The position numbers and the translations under genes were made by a program. From Deltaproteobacteria bacterium (GTDB taxonomy: Bacteria > Myxococcota_A > Polyangia > Fen-1088): DNA of 64,000 bases. Each line of letters opens with the position of its first letter. Position 1 is the stretch's first letter. The notes below the pieces were generated by a model. It did not search any database. It worked only from the letters and a program-made list of their open reading frames with translations, and was not told the origin of the DNA. This document shows, piece by piece, positions 36,588-46,997 of the stretch. Location of the stretch: assembly GCA_033763315.1 (NCBI GenBank), contig JANRKS010000001.1, positions 32,001 to 96,000 of the forward strand. The letters run 5' to 3'.

Positions 36588-39368
36588 ATGAAGCGTTTCT
36601 TTGCGCGCGCCCTTCCCGCGATCGCCATACTTGCGTTCGCCACTGCCCTGTCTTCGGTTGCCCAAGCCCAGCTTACCGGCACCATCCAAGGCAGCGTTTT
36701 CGACGAAGGCGGCACTCCCATCAAGGGCGTCAAGCTCGTTGCCAAGTCCGCTACAAACATGGGTGACCGCACGGTTTATTCCAGCGCGGACGGCTCTTTT
36801 CGCATCATCGGTTTGATGCCGGGTGATTTCGAGGTCACGGCCACGGCGCCTGGTTTGCGCACGAAAGTGCAAAAGGGCATCCCCGTCGGCACCAGCGCGG
36901 TGGCCGAAATCTACGTCATCATGGAAGTGGCCCAAAAGGAAGAGGCCGAAACTTTCGTGATCGAAACCAAGGCGCCGGTGGTCAACACCTCCAACGCGCA
37001 GGTTACCGAGAAGTTCGATGGCGAGTTCCTTAACAACTTGCCGCTCGAAAGCCGTGGTTCCATCCAAGACGTCTTGGGCAACCAGGTGGCCGGCGCGGTG
37101 GGTACCGATGGTTCGGCCCGCGTGCGTGGCGCCACTTCAACGTCGAACGCATTCCAGCTGGAAGGCTTCGAGGTCAACGACGTGAACGGCGGTCGTGGTC
37201 AGTTGGTCACCTTCAAGAGCTTGGCCAACCTTGAAATGCAAACGGGCGGTTCAGGCGCGGAAAACTCAGGCGCCTCAGGCGCCGTCATGAACGCGGTTAC
37301 AAAATCGGGCTCCAACAAATTCGAGTATGAGGTCGATTCCTGGCACGAGAACTCGTACCTGCGCTTGTTCCTGGACGAGTACGACACGAACAATTTTGCG
37401 ATGTCGACCAACATCAACCTGAATCTCTCGGGTCCGATCGTGAAGGACCGCGTGTGGTTTTTCACCAACTGGGAAGTCCGTAACGCGGTTACCGATCGTG
37501 GCAAGGACCCTACGGGCCAGCAACCCGATCCACCCCGTGGCTCCGACAACAGCATTCGGTCGACCGGCAAGGTGACGTGGCAGATGACCCCCAGGAACAA
37601 GCTGCAATTGGTCTACGTGTTTAACCGCGACGGCACCAAGAACGGCCAAGGTGGCTTCCGAAATGATCGGGATTCACAATGGAAGCGGGATTCCCTCAAC
37701 TGGTTTGCAGGGCTTATTTGGGAATCGATGTTGTCCGACAATTTACTGTTTCGGTCTCAGTTGGGCGTGCAGCAGGATGATACGGATTTTGGCCCTGAAC
37801 TTTGCCGAACGTCACCCCAATCGTGCGACGCCGTAAATCCTCTTCGCCAAGTGTCGCCACCTTTCGAGTTCCAGAACTGGAACACACATTCACGGAACCT
37901 CTCGGGCACGGCCGAGTTCAAAAACACGGTCGAATACTTCATCGAGAAGCCGTCGATCGGTAACCACAACGTTAAGTTCACGGCCCGCTTTAAGGCTGCA
38001 CGTTCCGAGAACCAGGTCACGACGCCCGGTGACGCTATCTATGTTTTCAACGGTGACGTTCCCGACAGCAAGCGCGAGCTTTTCGTGAACGACCCCCTTG
38101 TCGAACCCGGTCGGTACGGCTGGGCGATCAGCAACGCCCAATCCACCTTGTTCCAGTTCTCATTGCAGGATCAGTTCAAGCTACCTAACTACCGATACCT
38201 GACTCTGACTCCCGGCGTGGGCCTGCTGGTGAGTGACGCTCAAGACGGTGCCGGCACTTCGATCATCAAGTTCACAACGGTCACGCCGAACATCTCGGCC
38301 GCTTGGGACGTGACGCATGATGGACGTACGTCGGTGCGCGCCAGCTTCAGCCAGAAAGTCGACCCCGGCAACCTGAGCATTGCCAACTATATCGGTCAGA
38401 GCCGCACTTTGCGCGTGTGCAAATGGGATGCAAACTTGCAGGACTTTTCCAAAGACTGCTTCTTTGAAGGCGGCTTGGGCGGCAAAACCGTGGGTTTGCC
38501 CTGTGGTTCACAAGGCGTCGATGCCAACGGCAACAGCTGCAAGACGAACCTGAAGGTTCCTCGCACGTGGGAGTACACGTTTGGTGTGGAGCGCGAAGTG
38601 GCGCAGGGCGTGGGCGTGGGCGCGGACTTCATCTACCGCGATTTCCGGAACCCCTATGAAGATCGCGAGACGAACCGCATCTGGAATACGGCGGGTACCG
38701 ACCTGAATCCGGGTGGCCGTTTCCGCAATGGCAGCAACCGGGCGGTTTTCGATCTGGAAACGCCATCCGAAGCGAAGCGTCGTTATATCGGTGTGACCAG
38801 CAACATCCGCAAACGCGAAGGCGCACTGAAGCTGCAATTTAGCTACACGTGGAGCCACCTGCAGGGCAACGTCGTCGATGGTTTCCAGAATCCCTTCCTG
38901 AATAACCCGGCGCAGGACGTGTTCCAGTATGGCGACCTGCCAGGCGACGCACGCCACTCCATTCGTTCGCAGGCCACCTACCAATGGACCTCATGGCTCT
39001 CCACAGGCATCACCTACAACTACACCTCAGGCGGCCCAATCAACCTACAGCTGTTCAACACAATTAACGGAAGCTTTTCCGACTTCCGTGCGCGCCGCGG
39101 GTTCCATCCCGGTGTTGACTTGAACGACCCGCGCGACGACTACGCGTTTCGGCTTCCCGACCTTCAGACGTTCAATTTTCAGGTCCGCGCGAACCTAAAG
39201 CCCATCACGAGATTCAATGCGCAGATCTACTGCGACTTCTTGAACTTGTTGGCGCTTCGTACGGTGACCGGCTATCAAACGGAAGTCGCTGACGTCAGAG
39301 CTCCATTGAACCCGACCACACGACAGGCCCCGATGCGCTTGCGTATCGGTGTCGACTTTAAGTACTAA
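36588..39368 (+). CDS. TonB-dependent receptor, Oar-like, with N-terminal carboxypeptidase-regulatory-like domain
   Basis: Signal peptide, GTIQGSVFDEGG.PI.G N-domain, plug motif GAVMNAVTKSGSN, LSGPIVKDRVWFF, amphipathic beta strands, C-terminal GVDFKY. Confidence 0.85.
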   Translation: MKRFFARALPAIAILAFATALSSVAQAQLTGTIQGSVFDEGGTPIKGVKLVAKSATNMGDRTVYSSADGSFRIIGLMPGDFEVTATAPGLRTKVQKGIPVGTSAVAEIYVIMEVAQKEEAETFVIETKAPVVNTSNAQVTEKFDGEFLNNLPLESRGSIQDVLGNQVAGAVGTDGSARVRGATSTSNAFQLEGFEVNDVNGGRGQLVTFKSLANLEMQTGGSGAENSGASGAVMNAVTKSGSNKFEYEVDSWHENSYLRLFLDEYDTNNFAMSTNINLNLSGPIVKDRVWFFTNWEVRNAVTDRGKDPTGQQPDPPRGSDNSIRSTGKVTWQMTPRNKLQLVYVFNRDGTKNGQGGFRNDRDSQWKRDSLNWFAGLIWESMLSDNLLFRSQLGVQQDDTDFGPELCRTSPQSCDAVNPLRQVSPPFEFQNWNTHSRNLSGTAEFKNTVEYFIEKPSIGNHNVKFTARFKAARSENQVTTPGDAIYVFNGDVPDSKRELFVNDPLVEPGRYGWAISNAQSTLFQFSLQDQFKLPNYRYLTLTPGVGLLVSDAQDGAGTSIIKFTTVTPNISAAWDVTHDGRTSVRASFSQKVDPGNLSIANYIGQSRTLRVCKWDANLQDFSKDCFFEGGLGGKTVGLPCGSQGVDANGNSCKTNLKVPRTWEYTFGVEREVAQGVGVGADFIYRDFRNPYEDRETNRIWNTAGTDLNPGGRFRNGSNRAVFDLETPSEAKRRYIGVTSNIRKREGALKLQFSYTWSHLQGNVVDGFQNPFLNNPAQDVFQYGDLPGDARHSIRSQATYQWTSWLSTGITYNYTSGGPINLQLFNTINGSFSDFRARRGFHPGVDLNDPRDDYAFRLPDLQTFNFQVRANLKPITRFNAQIYCDFLNLLALRTVTGYQTEVADVRAPLNPTTRQAPMRLRIGVDFKY

Positions 39369-39391
39369 CCGGCGCCGCAAATCGCCACCCC

Positions 39392-39427
39392 ACGCCCCTT
39401 CGGCCTTGCCGCGGGGGCGTTTGCGTT
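39392..39427 (+). terminator. Probable intrinsic terminator after the Oar-like gene
   Basis: ACGCCCC...CGGC-CTT-GCCG...GGGGCGT hairpin followed by a weak T tract (TTGCGTT). Confidence 0.6.
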
Positions 39428-39481
39428 ATGTGGGGTTTTAGGAAAATGCCGCACCCGGCGATACTATGAGCGCACTAACTC

Positions 39482-40462
39482 ATGTCTACATCAACGGGAC
39501 TGGCGGTCGAAGGTCGTCGCATCTTCATTACGGGTGGCGCTGGCTTCATCGGATCCCATCTGGTGGAGCGCCTGGCGGCAAAAAACGAGATCGTCATTTT
39601 AGACACCCTTCGGCGCAATGCCTTGGCGGCGGCGGGGCTTGACGGGCACCCGCATGTGACCCTCATCAAGGGCGACGTTATGGATGGAGCCACCGTGCGC
39701 AGGGCCATGGTGGGGTGTGACGTGGTGGTTCATCTCGCTTCCATTGCCGGCGTGGACACGGTCATCAGCAACCCCGTGATGACCATGCGCGTGTCGATGG
39801 AGGGCACCATGAATGTGCTCGAAGCGGCGCTGGAGACCGGGCGTTGTAAACGTCTGATCGATTTTTCCACAAGCGAGGTTTTTGGCCGCTACGCCTTCAA
39901 CGTCACCGAGTGGGACGCCACCACCTTGGGCGCCGTTGGTGAGGCCCGTTGGACGTACGCCGTGGCAAAGTTGGCCACGGAACACTTGGCGATGAACTAT
40001 TGGAAGCAGTACCAACTTCCCACGTGTTCAATTCGCCCCTTCAACATCTACGGGCCACGCCAAGTGGGCGAAGGCGCGGTTCACCATTTCATCTTGAGGG
40101 CGCTCAAGGGTGAGCCTCTGGCGATTCACAACGATGGCTCGCAGATCAGGGCCTGGTGTTATGTGGATGACATCGTGGATGGGATTCTTTGCGCCATCTC
40201 ACACGACGAGGCCGTGGGGCACGCGTTCAACATAGGCAACCCGCGCTCTACACTCACGATTCATAGTTTGGCGAAGGAGATCATCCGGTTGGCCTCGTCT
40301 TCAAGCCGCATCGAGTTCGTGCCCTGGAATCATCCAGACGTTGAGCTGCGCATCCCCAACATCTCCAAGGCCCGCGAGCTGTTGCATTACGAGCCGCAAA
40401 TCGATCTGGAAGAAGGTTTGCTGCGCACGGTTTATTGGTATCGTCGTAACCACGGAGGTTAA
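39482..40462 (+). CDS. NAD-dependent nucleotide-sugar epimerase/dehydratase (UDP-glucuronate decarboxylase-like)
   Basis: TGGAGFIG, STSEVFG, RWTYAVAK (YxxxK), RPFNIYGPRQ, FNIGNP. Confidence 0.88.
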   Translation: MSTSTGLAVEGRRIFITGGAGFIGSHLVERLAAKNEIVILDTLRRNALAAAGLDGHPHVTLIKGDVMDGATVRRAMVGCDVVVHLASIAGVDTVISNPVMTMRVSMEGTMNVLEAALETGRCKRLIDFSTSEVFGRYAFNVTEWDATTLGAVGEARWTYAVAKLATEHLAMNYWKQYQLPTCSIRPFNIYGPRQVGEGAVHHFILRALKGEPLAIHNDGSQIRAWCYVDDIVDGILCAISHDEAVGHAFNIGNPRSTLTIHSLAKEIIRLASSSSRIEFVPWNHPDVELRIPNISKARELLHYEPQIDLEEGLLRTVYWYRRNHGG

Positions 40463-40467
40463 GACAC

Positions 40468-41418
40468 ATGGCCGCGGAAAGTGTGCTGACCGCCGCCGGG
40501 CTTGCAAAAACGTTTCGGCTCGGCTTCTTTCGCAAGAAGGTGCAAGCGGTTAAAGACGTGAGCTTTCACGTTGAGCGAGGCGAAATCTTCGGCTTCTTGG
40601 GGCCCAACGGTGCGGGCAAAACCACCACACTGAAAATGCTGATGGGTTTGGTGTTTCCCGATCAAGGGCAAGCCAGTGTGTTGGGGCGCGACGTGGGCAA
40701 CGTCGAGGCCAAACGGCGCTTAGGTTATCTGCCTGAAACGCCCTATTTTTACGAGTACCTCACGCAGGAAGAGTTTTTAGATTTTGCAGGGCGGTTGTCG
40801 GGCCTCTCATACCCGGCCGCACGCAAACGCCGAGATGAATTGATCGAACGCGTTGGGCTCGGTCATGCGCGCAACCGTCCGCTGCGCAAGTTTTCCAAGG
40901 GCATGTTGCAACGGGTGGGGATTGCGCAGGCGTTGATGGGCGACCCTGAACTGGTGGTATTGGACGAACCAATGACGGGTCTCGATCCGCTGGGCCGCAA
41001 AGAAGTGCGCGATCTGATCGTGTCGCTTAAGCGTGAAGGCAAAACAGTTTTCTTCTCGACGCACATCCTGCCCGACGTGGAGATGATCTGTGATCGTGTG
41101 GCGCTGGTGGTGGCGGGCCGCACCGTGGCCGAAGGGCCTTTGTCGCAATTGCTCTCGGCGAAACTCGTGGGCACAGAGGTTCACCTGCGCCCGCCCACAC
41201 ATGGCGAACTACCGCCGCTGCCACCTGGCGTGGATCGTTTGGTGAGCGGGACTGACGTGCGTCTGGATCTGCCCGGCGACTTTGACGTGGATGCATTCTT
41301 GGTTTCGGCAGTGACCGCGGGCGCCCACGTGATCTCGGTGCAGCCGCGGCGTGAGTCCTTGGAAGAATATTTCGTCGCGCACGTGCATGCGGGCAAAAGC
41401 CCTCAGGCGGTGCCATGA
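40468..41418 (+). CDS. ABC transporter ATP-binding protein (PilH-like of myxobacteria)
   Basis: [30 protein letters not shown]. Confidence 0.9.
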   Translation: MAAESVLTAAGLAKTFRLGFFRKKVQAVKDVSFHVERGEIFGFLGPNGAGKTTTLKMLMGLVFPDQGQASVLGRDVGNVEAKRRLGYLPETPYFYEYLTQEEFLDFAGRLSGLSYPAARKRRDELIERVGLGHARNRPLRKFSKGMLQRVGIAQALMGDPELVVLDEPMTGLDPLGRKEVRDLIVSLKREGKTVFFSTHILPDVEMICDRVALVVAGRTVAEGPLSQLLSAKLVGTEVHLRPPTHGELPPLPPGVDRLVSGTDVRLDLPGDFDVDAFLVSAVTAGAHVISVQPRRESLEEYFVAHVHAGKSPQAVP

Positions 41419-42200
41419 CGCGCGTATTGGCGATCGCGCGAAATACGTTTCGCGAAGCTGTGCGCAACAAGATCCTCTATAGCTTGTTGCTGTTTGCGGT
41501 GGCGCTGATCTTGGCGTCGCTTGCTTTGGGTGAATTCACGCTCGGCGAAGGCCTGCGACTGACGCGCGACCTCGGCCTTTACGGCATTGACATGTTCAGC
41601 GTGCTCATCGCCATTTTCTTGGGCGTCAACATGCTTTACAAGGAGCTGCAGCTCAAAACGGTTTACACGATCTTGCCGAAGCCCATCGCGCGCTACCAGT
41701 TCGTGCTCGGCAAGTGGTTGGGTCTGGTGTTTACGCTGGCCCTGCAAGTGGCGGCCATGGGCGTTGTGTTGCAGGTGGCTTTGTTCACGCAAGGGGCGGG
41801 ATTTGAGCCCGCGGTCATGAAAGCCGAATGGCTATTGTTTGTGAACGTTGTGGTGGTGACATCGATTGCGCTTGCGTTTTCGGCCTTCTCCACGCCCTTC
41901 CTGTCAGGCGTGTTTTCGTTGGGCATCTTTGTTGTCGGCCGCGCCATTCCTGACTTTTTGGAGATGGGTCACAAGGCGGGAGGCTTTGCTGGCACGGCCG
42001 TGGACTGGGCCGGCAAAGTGCTGCCAAACCTGCACCTGTTTTTCCCCTCGGGCGCGGTGGTGGGTGCGGCGCACGTCTCGGTGCACGGCGAGCTCGTGAA
42101 CCTTGACTATGTTCTATCCACCACGCTTTATGGCCTTGGCTACTCCGCTTTGGTGGTGGCGTTGGCCGTGGCGATCTTCCGCAAACGCGACTTCGTTTAG
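41415..42200 (+). CDS. ABC-2 type permease (PilI-like)
   Basis: IARNTFREAVRNK, KTVYTILPKPI.R..FVLGK, about 6 TM, ends FRKRDFV; ATGA coupling to the ATPase. Confidence 0.85.
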   Translation: MTRVLAIARNTFREAVRNKILYSLLLFAVALILASLALGEFTLGEGLRLTRDLGLYGIDMFSVLIAIFLGVNMLYKELQLKTVYTILPKPIARYQFVLGKWLGLVFTLALQVAAMGVVLQVALFTQGAGFEPAVMKAEWLLFVNVVVVTSIALAFSAFSTPFLSGVFSLGIFVVGRAIPDFLEMGHKAGGFAGTAVDWAGKVLPNLHLFFPSGAVVGAAHVSVHGELVNLDYVLSTTLYGLGYSALVVALAVAIFRKRDFV

Positions 42201-42248
42201 CGCGTCCATAAACTTCCGAATCTGCGGTTCGCGAGGCAGAATGGGCGC

Positions 42249-42926
42249 GTGTCGTCGCGTTTTAGATCGGCCGTTCAAACAGCGTTGGGCGCCTTGGCGG
42301 TGGCCCTGCTGGTGCTTGTCTTGCGGCTGACGTGGGATGCACGCCAGTTCGCCCAGCAAGCCGAAGTGCACGTGCGCGCGGGTGCTTACGTGGAAGCTTG
42401 TGCCTCCTTCATGGACGCGGCCCGGTCGTATTACCCTGGCAACCCTTACGCCAACTTGGCGTTCGCGCGGCTTTTGCAACTGGCGGATGTGCCGGCCGAG
42501 ACACCTGGGGCGGCGACCGCAGAGCTGCCTCGCCGCGCCTTGGAAGCGTTCCGCATGGCGGCCCTGGCGACGCGCTCGGTGTATGTGCCTCACGCCGCAG
42601 AGCTTGTGGTGGTTAACGAGCGGTTGGCGGCCATTTACGCCAAGTGGGAGCAAGAGACGCAAGGCGCTTACCGCCAGCCGGTGCGAGGCACAGCCCTGGC
42701 CGCGCGGCAGGCGTGGCACCTTGAGAAGCTGAAGACGGTGCCGGGGCCGTCGTGGTTGTGGTCGGGAGTTGGCCTACTGGGATTGGGGGTGTCGCTGGCG
42801 GCCATGGCGCTTTTCATCACAAAAGCCCTTTCGCCCACGTTGAAGCTCGAACGTGGTCCCGCTTTAGGCGCCGGCTTGGCCTTCGTCGTGGGTTTTGCGC
42901 TGTTCTTGCTTGGCCTCACCCAGTAG
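42249..42926 (+). CDS. Hypothetical membrane protein
   Basis: N-terminal TM, helical middle domain, two C-terminal TM helices. Confidence 0.6.
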   Translation: MSSRFRSAVQTALGALAVALLVLVLRLTWDARQFAQQAEVHVRAGAYVEACASFMDAARSYYPGNPYANLAFARLLQLADVPAETPGAATAELPRRALEAFRMAALATRSVYVPHAAELVVVNERLAAIYAKWEQETQGAYRQPVRGTALAARQAWHLEKLKTVPGPSWLWSGVGLLGLGVSLAAMALFITKALSPTLKLERGPALGAGLAFVVGFALFLLGLTQ

Positions 42927-43037
42927 GTCGCCTGGATTCGTGCGCCGGCTGGGCGCGGTGCCGCCGGAAGCTGCGGACTTGTGATAAAACAAAGGTCCCG
43001 GTTTTCGGAAGTCTTTCGCTACACACACTGCCCTCCC

Positions 43038-44453
43038 ATGGACGTCCGCTGCGAGCGCTGCTCCACTGAATACGAGCTCGACGACGACTCGGTACCCGAT
43101 GCGGGTTGCCCGGTGCAGTGTACGACGTGCGGGCATACGTTTATGGTCACCCGCCAAGGTCTGACCACCAAGGCGCCTTCACCGGCCGTGGAAACCATGC
43201 CGTCGCCGCCGGCGGCCGACTGGTTGCTGGAGACTTCGGACGGGCGATTGCATCGCTTCCGCAACCTGACATCGCTGCAAAAGTGGATCATCGAACGCAA
43301 GGTCACGCGTGAAGATAAGATTTCGCGCACGGGCCAAGCGTGGCGCCGGCTGGGCGAGATTGTTGAACTGGCGCCGTTCTTCGACGTTGTTGATGAAGCC
43401 GATCGAGCCCGCGCCGGGCAAGCCGGCAGCGACGATTTAAAGACTGAGGCACAACGCGCACGCAACCTTGGTTCATCGCGCATGAGTCCCGTGCCGCCCC
43501 GTGGAGTGGCCCATTCTCCAGCCCCTGTGTCGCGGCCAACGCGGCCGCCCACGCCAGAGCGCGACATGATGGCCGTGGACGAGTGGGCCGCGCGTGGCGA
43601 AGACGCTTCGGGCTTCGAGGCCGACAGCGAAACGTCCGTGGTGCCGTTGAGAAGCCGCGGGCCAAAGTTCGTGATCGCGTTCTTGGTGGCGGCTGGTGCG
43701 AGTGCCGCTGCCTTCTTTCTGCTGCAGCCGCGGACGCCCAAAGAGCCGGTGGCCGCCGTGGCGCCAGCGGCTCCCCCTCCCGCTGTTCCAACACCATCGG
43801 CGCCCGCACCCTCTGCCGCCGCGCCCGTGGCCGCTGCACCGACGCCTGCGCCTGCACCGGCGCCTGCGCCCGCCGCTGCGCCCACACCCGCCCCTGCGCC
43901 TGTAACCGCGCCACCCCCACCGGCAGCGGCGCAAGCACCTCCGTCGCCCGTCGCCACGCCCACGCCGGCCGCCGACGATCCGGGCTCTGGATACGAACGC
44001 ATTTTGGCCGACGCTGATCGCTTGCTAGAAAATGGCGGCACTGAGAAAGCCTTCAAGCTTTACGAGAAGGCGCTCAAGATGCGGCCTGACGGAGCGGAGG
44101 CGCTTTCGGGGTTGGGGTACGTGATGCTCGACAAAGACCGGTCCGCGCCGGCGGTGAATTATTTCGAGCGCGCTTTGGCGCAAGCGCCGAGTTACGGGCC
44201 GGCCCTTTATGGCATGGGAGAAGCCTTGCGCGCCAACGGCGACGAGGCCCGCGCGGCGCAGATGTACCGCCGTTATTTACAGGTCAATGGCGGCGGCAGC
44301 GACGCTCCGGCGGCGCGCCGACAGCTGACGATTCTGGAAGAGAAGCTTAAAGCCAAGGCTGAACGTGAAGAGCCCGTCGCGGCTCCCGCGCCTGCCCCTT
44401 CGACCCCACCACCCTCACCGTCTTCGCTGCTCAACGAGCCGGCGACGCCATAA
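43038..44453 (+). CDS. Zinc-ribbon (MJ0042-like)/GYF-like, single TM, Pro-Ala linker, TPR protein
   Basis: MDVRCERCSTEYELDD...VQCTTCGHTF; LQKWIIERKVTREDKISRTG..W; TM; PAPA repeats; TPRs. Start at ATG 43038. Confidence 0.8.
   Translation: MDVRCERCSTEYELDDDSVPDAGCPVQCTTCGHTFMVTRQGLTTKAPSPAVETMPSPPAADWLLETSDGRLHRFRNLTSLQKWIIERKVTREDKISRTGQAWRRLGEIVELAPFFDVVDEADRARAGQAGSDDLKTEAQRARNLGSSRMSPVPPRGVAHSPAPVSRPTRPPTPERDMMAVDEWAARGEDASGFEADSETSVVPLRSRGPKFVIAFLVAAGASAAAFFLLQPRTPKEPVAAVAPAAPPPAVPTPSAPAPSAAAPVAAAPTPAPAPAPAPAAAPTPAPAPVTAPPPPAAAQAPPSPVATPTPAADDPGSGYERILADADRLLENGGTEKAFKLYEKALKMRPDGAEALSGLGYVMLDKDRSAPAVNYFERALAQAPSYGPALYGMGEALRANGDEARAAQMYRRYLQVNGGGSDAPAARRQLTILEEKLKAKAEREEPVAAPAPAPSTPPPSPSSLLNEPATP
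43745..43975 (+). repeat. Low-complexity Pro/Ala coding repeat (APAPAP)
   Basis: Degenerate GCGCCT/GCACCG/GCGCCC hexamer run inside the ZnR-TPR gene. Confidence 0.7.
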
Positions 44454-44482
44454 GGGTTTGCTGCCTTCGCGGCGAACGAACG

Positions 44483-45148
44483 GTGGCCATAACGATGACC
44501 GGCTTTACAGAGCCTTCTTTGGGCGTTGACCCATCCGATGTCGAAGGCACCGACGTTCGCCGTTCACCGGCGGGCCCCGTTCGTTGGCTGGTTCTTCTAA
44601 CGATCGCGGTCGGTGTGACAGGTGGAGCGCTGGCGCTTTATCATCGTCCGAGCGGCCGCGGCTTTTGGGCAGGCACCCATCCCGCACGCCTCGGCCTGCA
44701 TGTGCAACTCGAACGCGTTTTGGCATGGGGCCACGCCATTGGTGCAGCGTTGTTGCTGTCGGGCACGGCGATCTGGGTTTACCGCACGTGGCGTCGCGAA
44801 GGGCCTTCGCGATCTTTAGGCGCCATGGGGTGGGCTGTGATCGCGCTGGCCGCTACAATCACTTCCCTCCTGGTTCCGTGGAAAACCTTCCTGCCTTGGT
44901 CTGACGTGGCCACGGTGAGCGATCTCGAACCAGCCCGCTTGAGCGACGGCGAAGGTCCATTTCCGGAACTGACGGCGGTTCGTGCACACTACCCTGTCGG
45001 AGCGGCGGATCCAGCGTGGCCCCAGAGCCTGCGAAGCCGGCGCGCGAGTGTGCTCGCTTGGGTGCACGTGCTGATAGGGCCGTTAGGCGCGTTGGCTGCT
45101 TTGTTCGTTCGCCGCGTCAGTCGCGTGCGCTACAGCAAAGACACCTAG
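44483..45148 (+). CDS. Membrane protein resembling a degenerate cytochrome b/b6 N-terminal domain
   Basis: TGGALALYHRPS, WGHAIGA, TSLLVPW, WVHVLIGP; 4 TM helices. Confidence 0.55.
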   Translation: MAITMTGFTEPSLGVDPSDVEGTDVRRSPAGPVRWLVLLTIAVGVTGGALALYHRPSGRGFWAGTHPARLGLHVQLERVLAWGHAIGAALLLSGTAIWVYRTWRREGPSRSLGAMGWAVIALAATITSLLVPWKTFLPWSDVATVSDLEPARLSDGEGPFPELTAVRAHYPVGAADPAWPQSLRSRRASVLAWVHVLIGPLGALAALFVRRVSRVRYSKDT

Positions 45149-46132
45149 GGCCATTGCCATAAGGCCGACCAAAGACGCGCACATCAAAGCAGGGCTGTGC
45201 AATTGGTGCCCACCGGCCGTTACCAGTGCCAGACCGTAACCGCACAGACGCCACTCGCCTTGCGATCCAAGCAACAACACCAGCGCAAACAATGTGGATC
45301 CTGCGGTGATGGCGAAAGCGCTGGCATAAAGCCGGCCCCCCGCATCGGTGAACGCGGGCAGCTCAAGGTTGAGTCCCGACGAAGCCAGCGTTTGCGTTAG
45401 ATCGAAACGTGTCATCAGCAAGGCGAAGACGGCCGCGGTGCCTAACACACCGGCCGCTGCGGCCACAGCGAACGCGCCTCGTCGCCGTCGCGTTGCAGGC
45501 GGGCACAACAGGAAGCCTGCACCTATGCCTGCGGCCAACCCGAGCCATGCGCCCACGCGGTTCAAAACCGCCGCAAATGACGAAGCCTCGAACGATCCCG
45601 TGCGATCGATGACGCTGGCCGCGGCGCAAAGAATGCCTGGCAGGGCGAATAGGGTCACGCCAACGATTGGGCGCAGCGCGCGTGGTTGCGTGTGCTTTTT
45701 GAAGAGCGGCCGCAGCAGCCCTGACACGACGAACGCGGCCAGGAAGCTGTATGAGATCTTGATGTAAAGCGTGAAGCGTTCAGCCACGGGACCGATCATG
45801 GCGCGGCTCGATAGCAACACGAAGAGCGCGGCAATGAATACGAGGCTGATCTGCATGGGCCGCGGAAAAATCCGCTGCCGCAGCGTTGGGCGTGCCAACG
45901 CGGACACCAACAGCGCCAAAGACAACACGCCCGCCAGGTGGCCAAAGTACCCGCCCAGAGCCATCAACGCATTGTTGAGGCCGTTCGAAAGACTGCCAGA
46001 CGGCAACAGCAGACGCGCCGTCGTGCGGCCCCAAAGCAGATCACACAGGGCCACCACCGCGGTGGCGGCCGTGAGGTTAAAAGCGGGCCAGCGGCTGGCG
46101 TTGGAAACGGAAGGCGGCACAGCCCCCAGCAT
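45083..46132 (-). CDS. Hypothetical polytopic membrane protein
   Basis: 349 aa, about 10 hydrophobic segments; no family recognised. Confidence 0.6.
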   Translation of the reverse strand: MLGAVPPSVSNASRWPAFNLTAATAVVALCDLLWGRTTARLLLPSGSLSNGLNNALMALGGYFGHLAGVLSLALLVSALARPTLRQRIFPRPMQISLVFIAALFVLLSSRAMIGPVAERFTLYIKISYSFLAAFVVSGLLRPLFKKHTQPRALRPIVGVTLFALPGILCAAASVIDRTGSFEASSFAAVLNRVGAWLGLAAGIGAGFLLCPPATRRRRGAFAVAAAAGVLGTAAVFALLMTRFDLTQTLASSGLNLELPAFTDAGGRLYASAFAITAGSTLFALVLLLGSQGEWRLCGYGLALVTAGGHQLHSPALMCASLVGLMAMALGVFAVAHATDAANEQSSQRA

Positions 46133-46211
46133 ACTCTGGATGTGAGGACGCTGCGTACAGCGCTGACAAATTGCTTTTCCGTGTGGCCTTCACGCGAGTG
46201 GCTTAGGGTTT

Positions 46212-46997
46212 TTGTGCGAGCGTTGTTATGCTGTGGATGTGTGGGCGGCTTTGTTATTGGCATCCATTGTGGCGGCCCCGCAGGCAGGCGGCGGTTTCGT
46301 TCTCGCGTTGGACGCGGGACACGGCGGCACCAATCTAGGCGCCGCGGGTGTGGCGCCGGGGTTCTACGAGAAGCGCATCACCTTGGACATCGCCCGGCGT
46401 GTGAAGAAGCGTTTGTCGCGGCACAAAGGCATAACGGTGGTGCTATGCCGTGACAAAGACGAGTTGATGCCGATCCGCGCACGCGTGCGGTGTGCGAATG
46501 ACAGCCACGCCGATCTATTTTTGAGCCTGCACACCAACGCCTCGCCTGACGGCGCCTCACGGGGCACGCAGATCGGCTTTGAGCAGTACGTGCTGCCGGT
46601 GGACAACGCCGATCGCGAAGCGGCGTTGGCTGCGGCGCAGGCGCCGGATGCGGTGCAAGCGGCGTGGGAAGCCCACCGCGTGCACTTGATGGTGGAGGCC
46701 AGCCTAGAAGCGGCCAAACGGGTTCAGCTTGAACTGGCCGACGCGTTGGGTACGGAGCGCGACCGCGGCGTCAAGCAGCTGGGCGCGTCCTTGGATGTGC
46801 TGGCGGGCTTGCAGATGCCCGGCATCCTGATTGAGGTGGGCTTCATCGATCACCCTGACGAGGGCAAAGAGCTGGTGAGCGAGGATGGCCAAGAACGGAT
46901 CGCCGCGGCGTTGGCGCGGGCCGTCTCCGATCTGGCCGCGCGTGCCAAACGAGCGCATACGGATCCGAACATCACCGGACGCGCTAAAGGCCGCTAG
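46212..46997 (+). CDS. N-acetylmuramoyl-L-alanine amidase (Amidase_3)
   Basis: LDAGHGG, YEK, SLHTNAS, ILIEVGFI. True start may be a GTG a few codons downstream. Confidence 0.88.
   Translation: MCERCYAVDVWAALLLASIVAAPQAGGGFVLALDAGHGGTNLGAAGVAPGFYEKRITLDIARRVKKRLSRHKGITVVLCRDKDELMPIRARVRCANDSHADLFLSLHTNASPDGASRGTQIGFEQYVLPVDNADREAALAAAQAPDAVQAAWEAHRVHLMVEASLEAAKRVQLELADALGTERDRGVKQLGASLDVLAGLQMPGILIEVGFIDHPDEGKELVSEDGQERIAAALARAVSDLAARAKRAHTDPNITGRAKGR

Noticed and set aside
45083-45148. 66-bp convergent overlap between two membrane protein genes as a sign of frameshift
   Set aside because: Both ORFs end plausibly after their last TM helix, and short 3' overlaps recur in this compact window.
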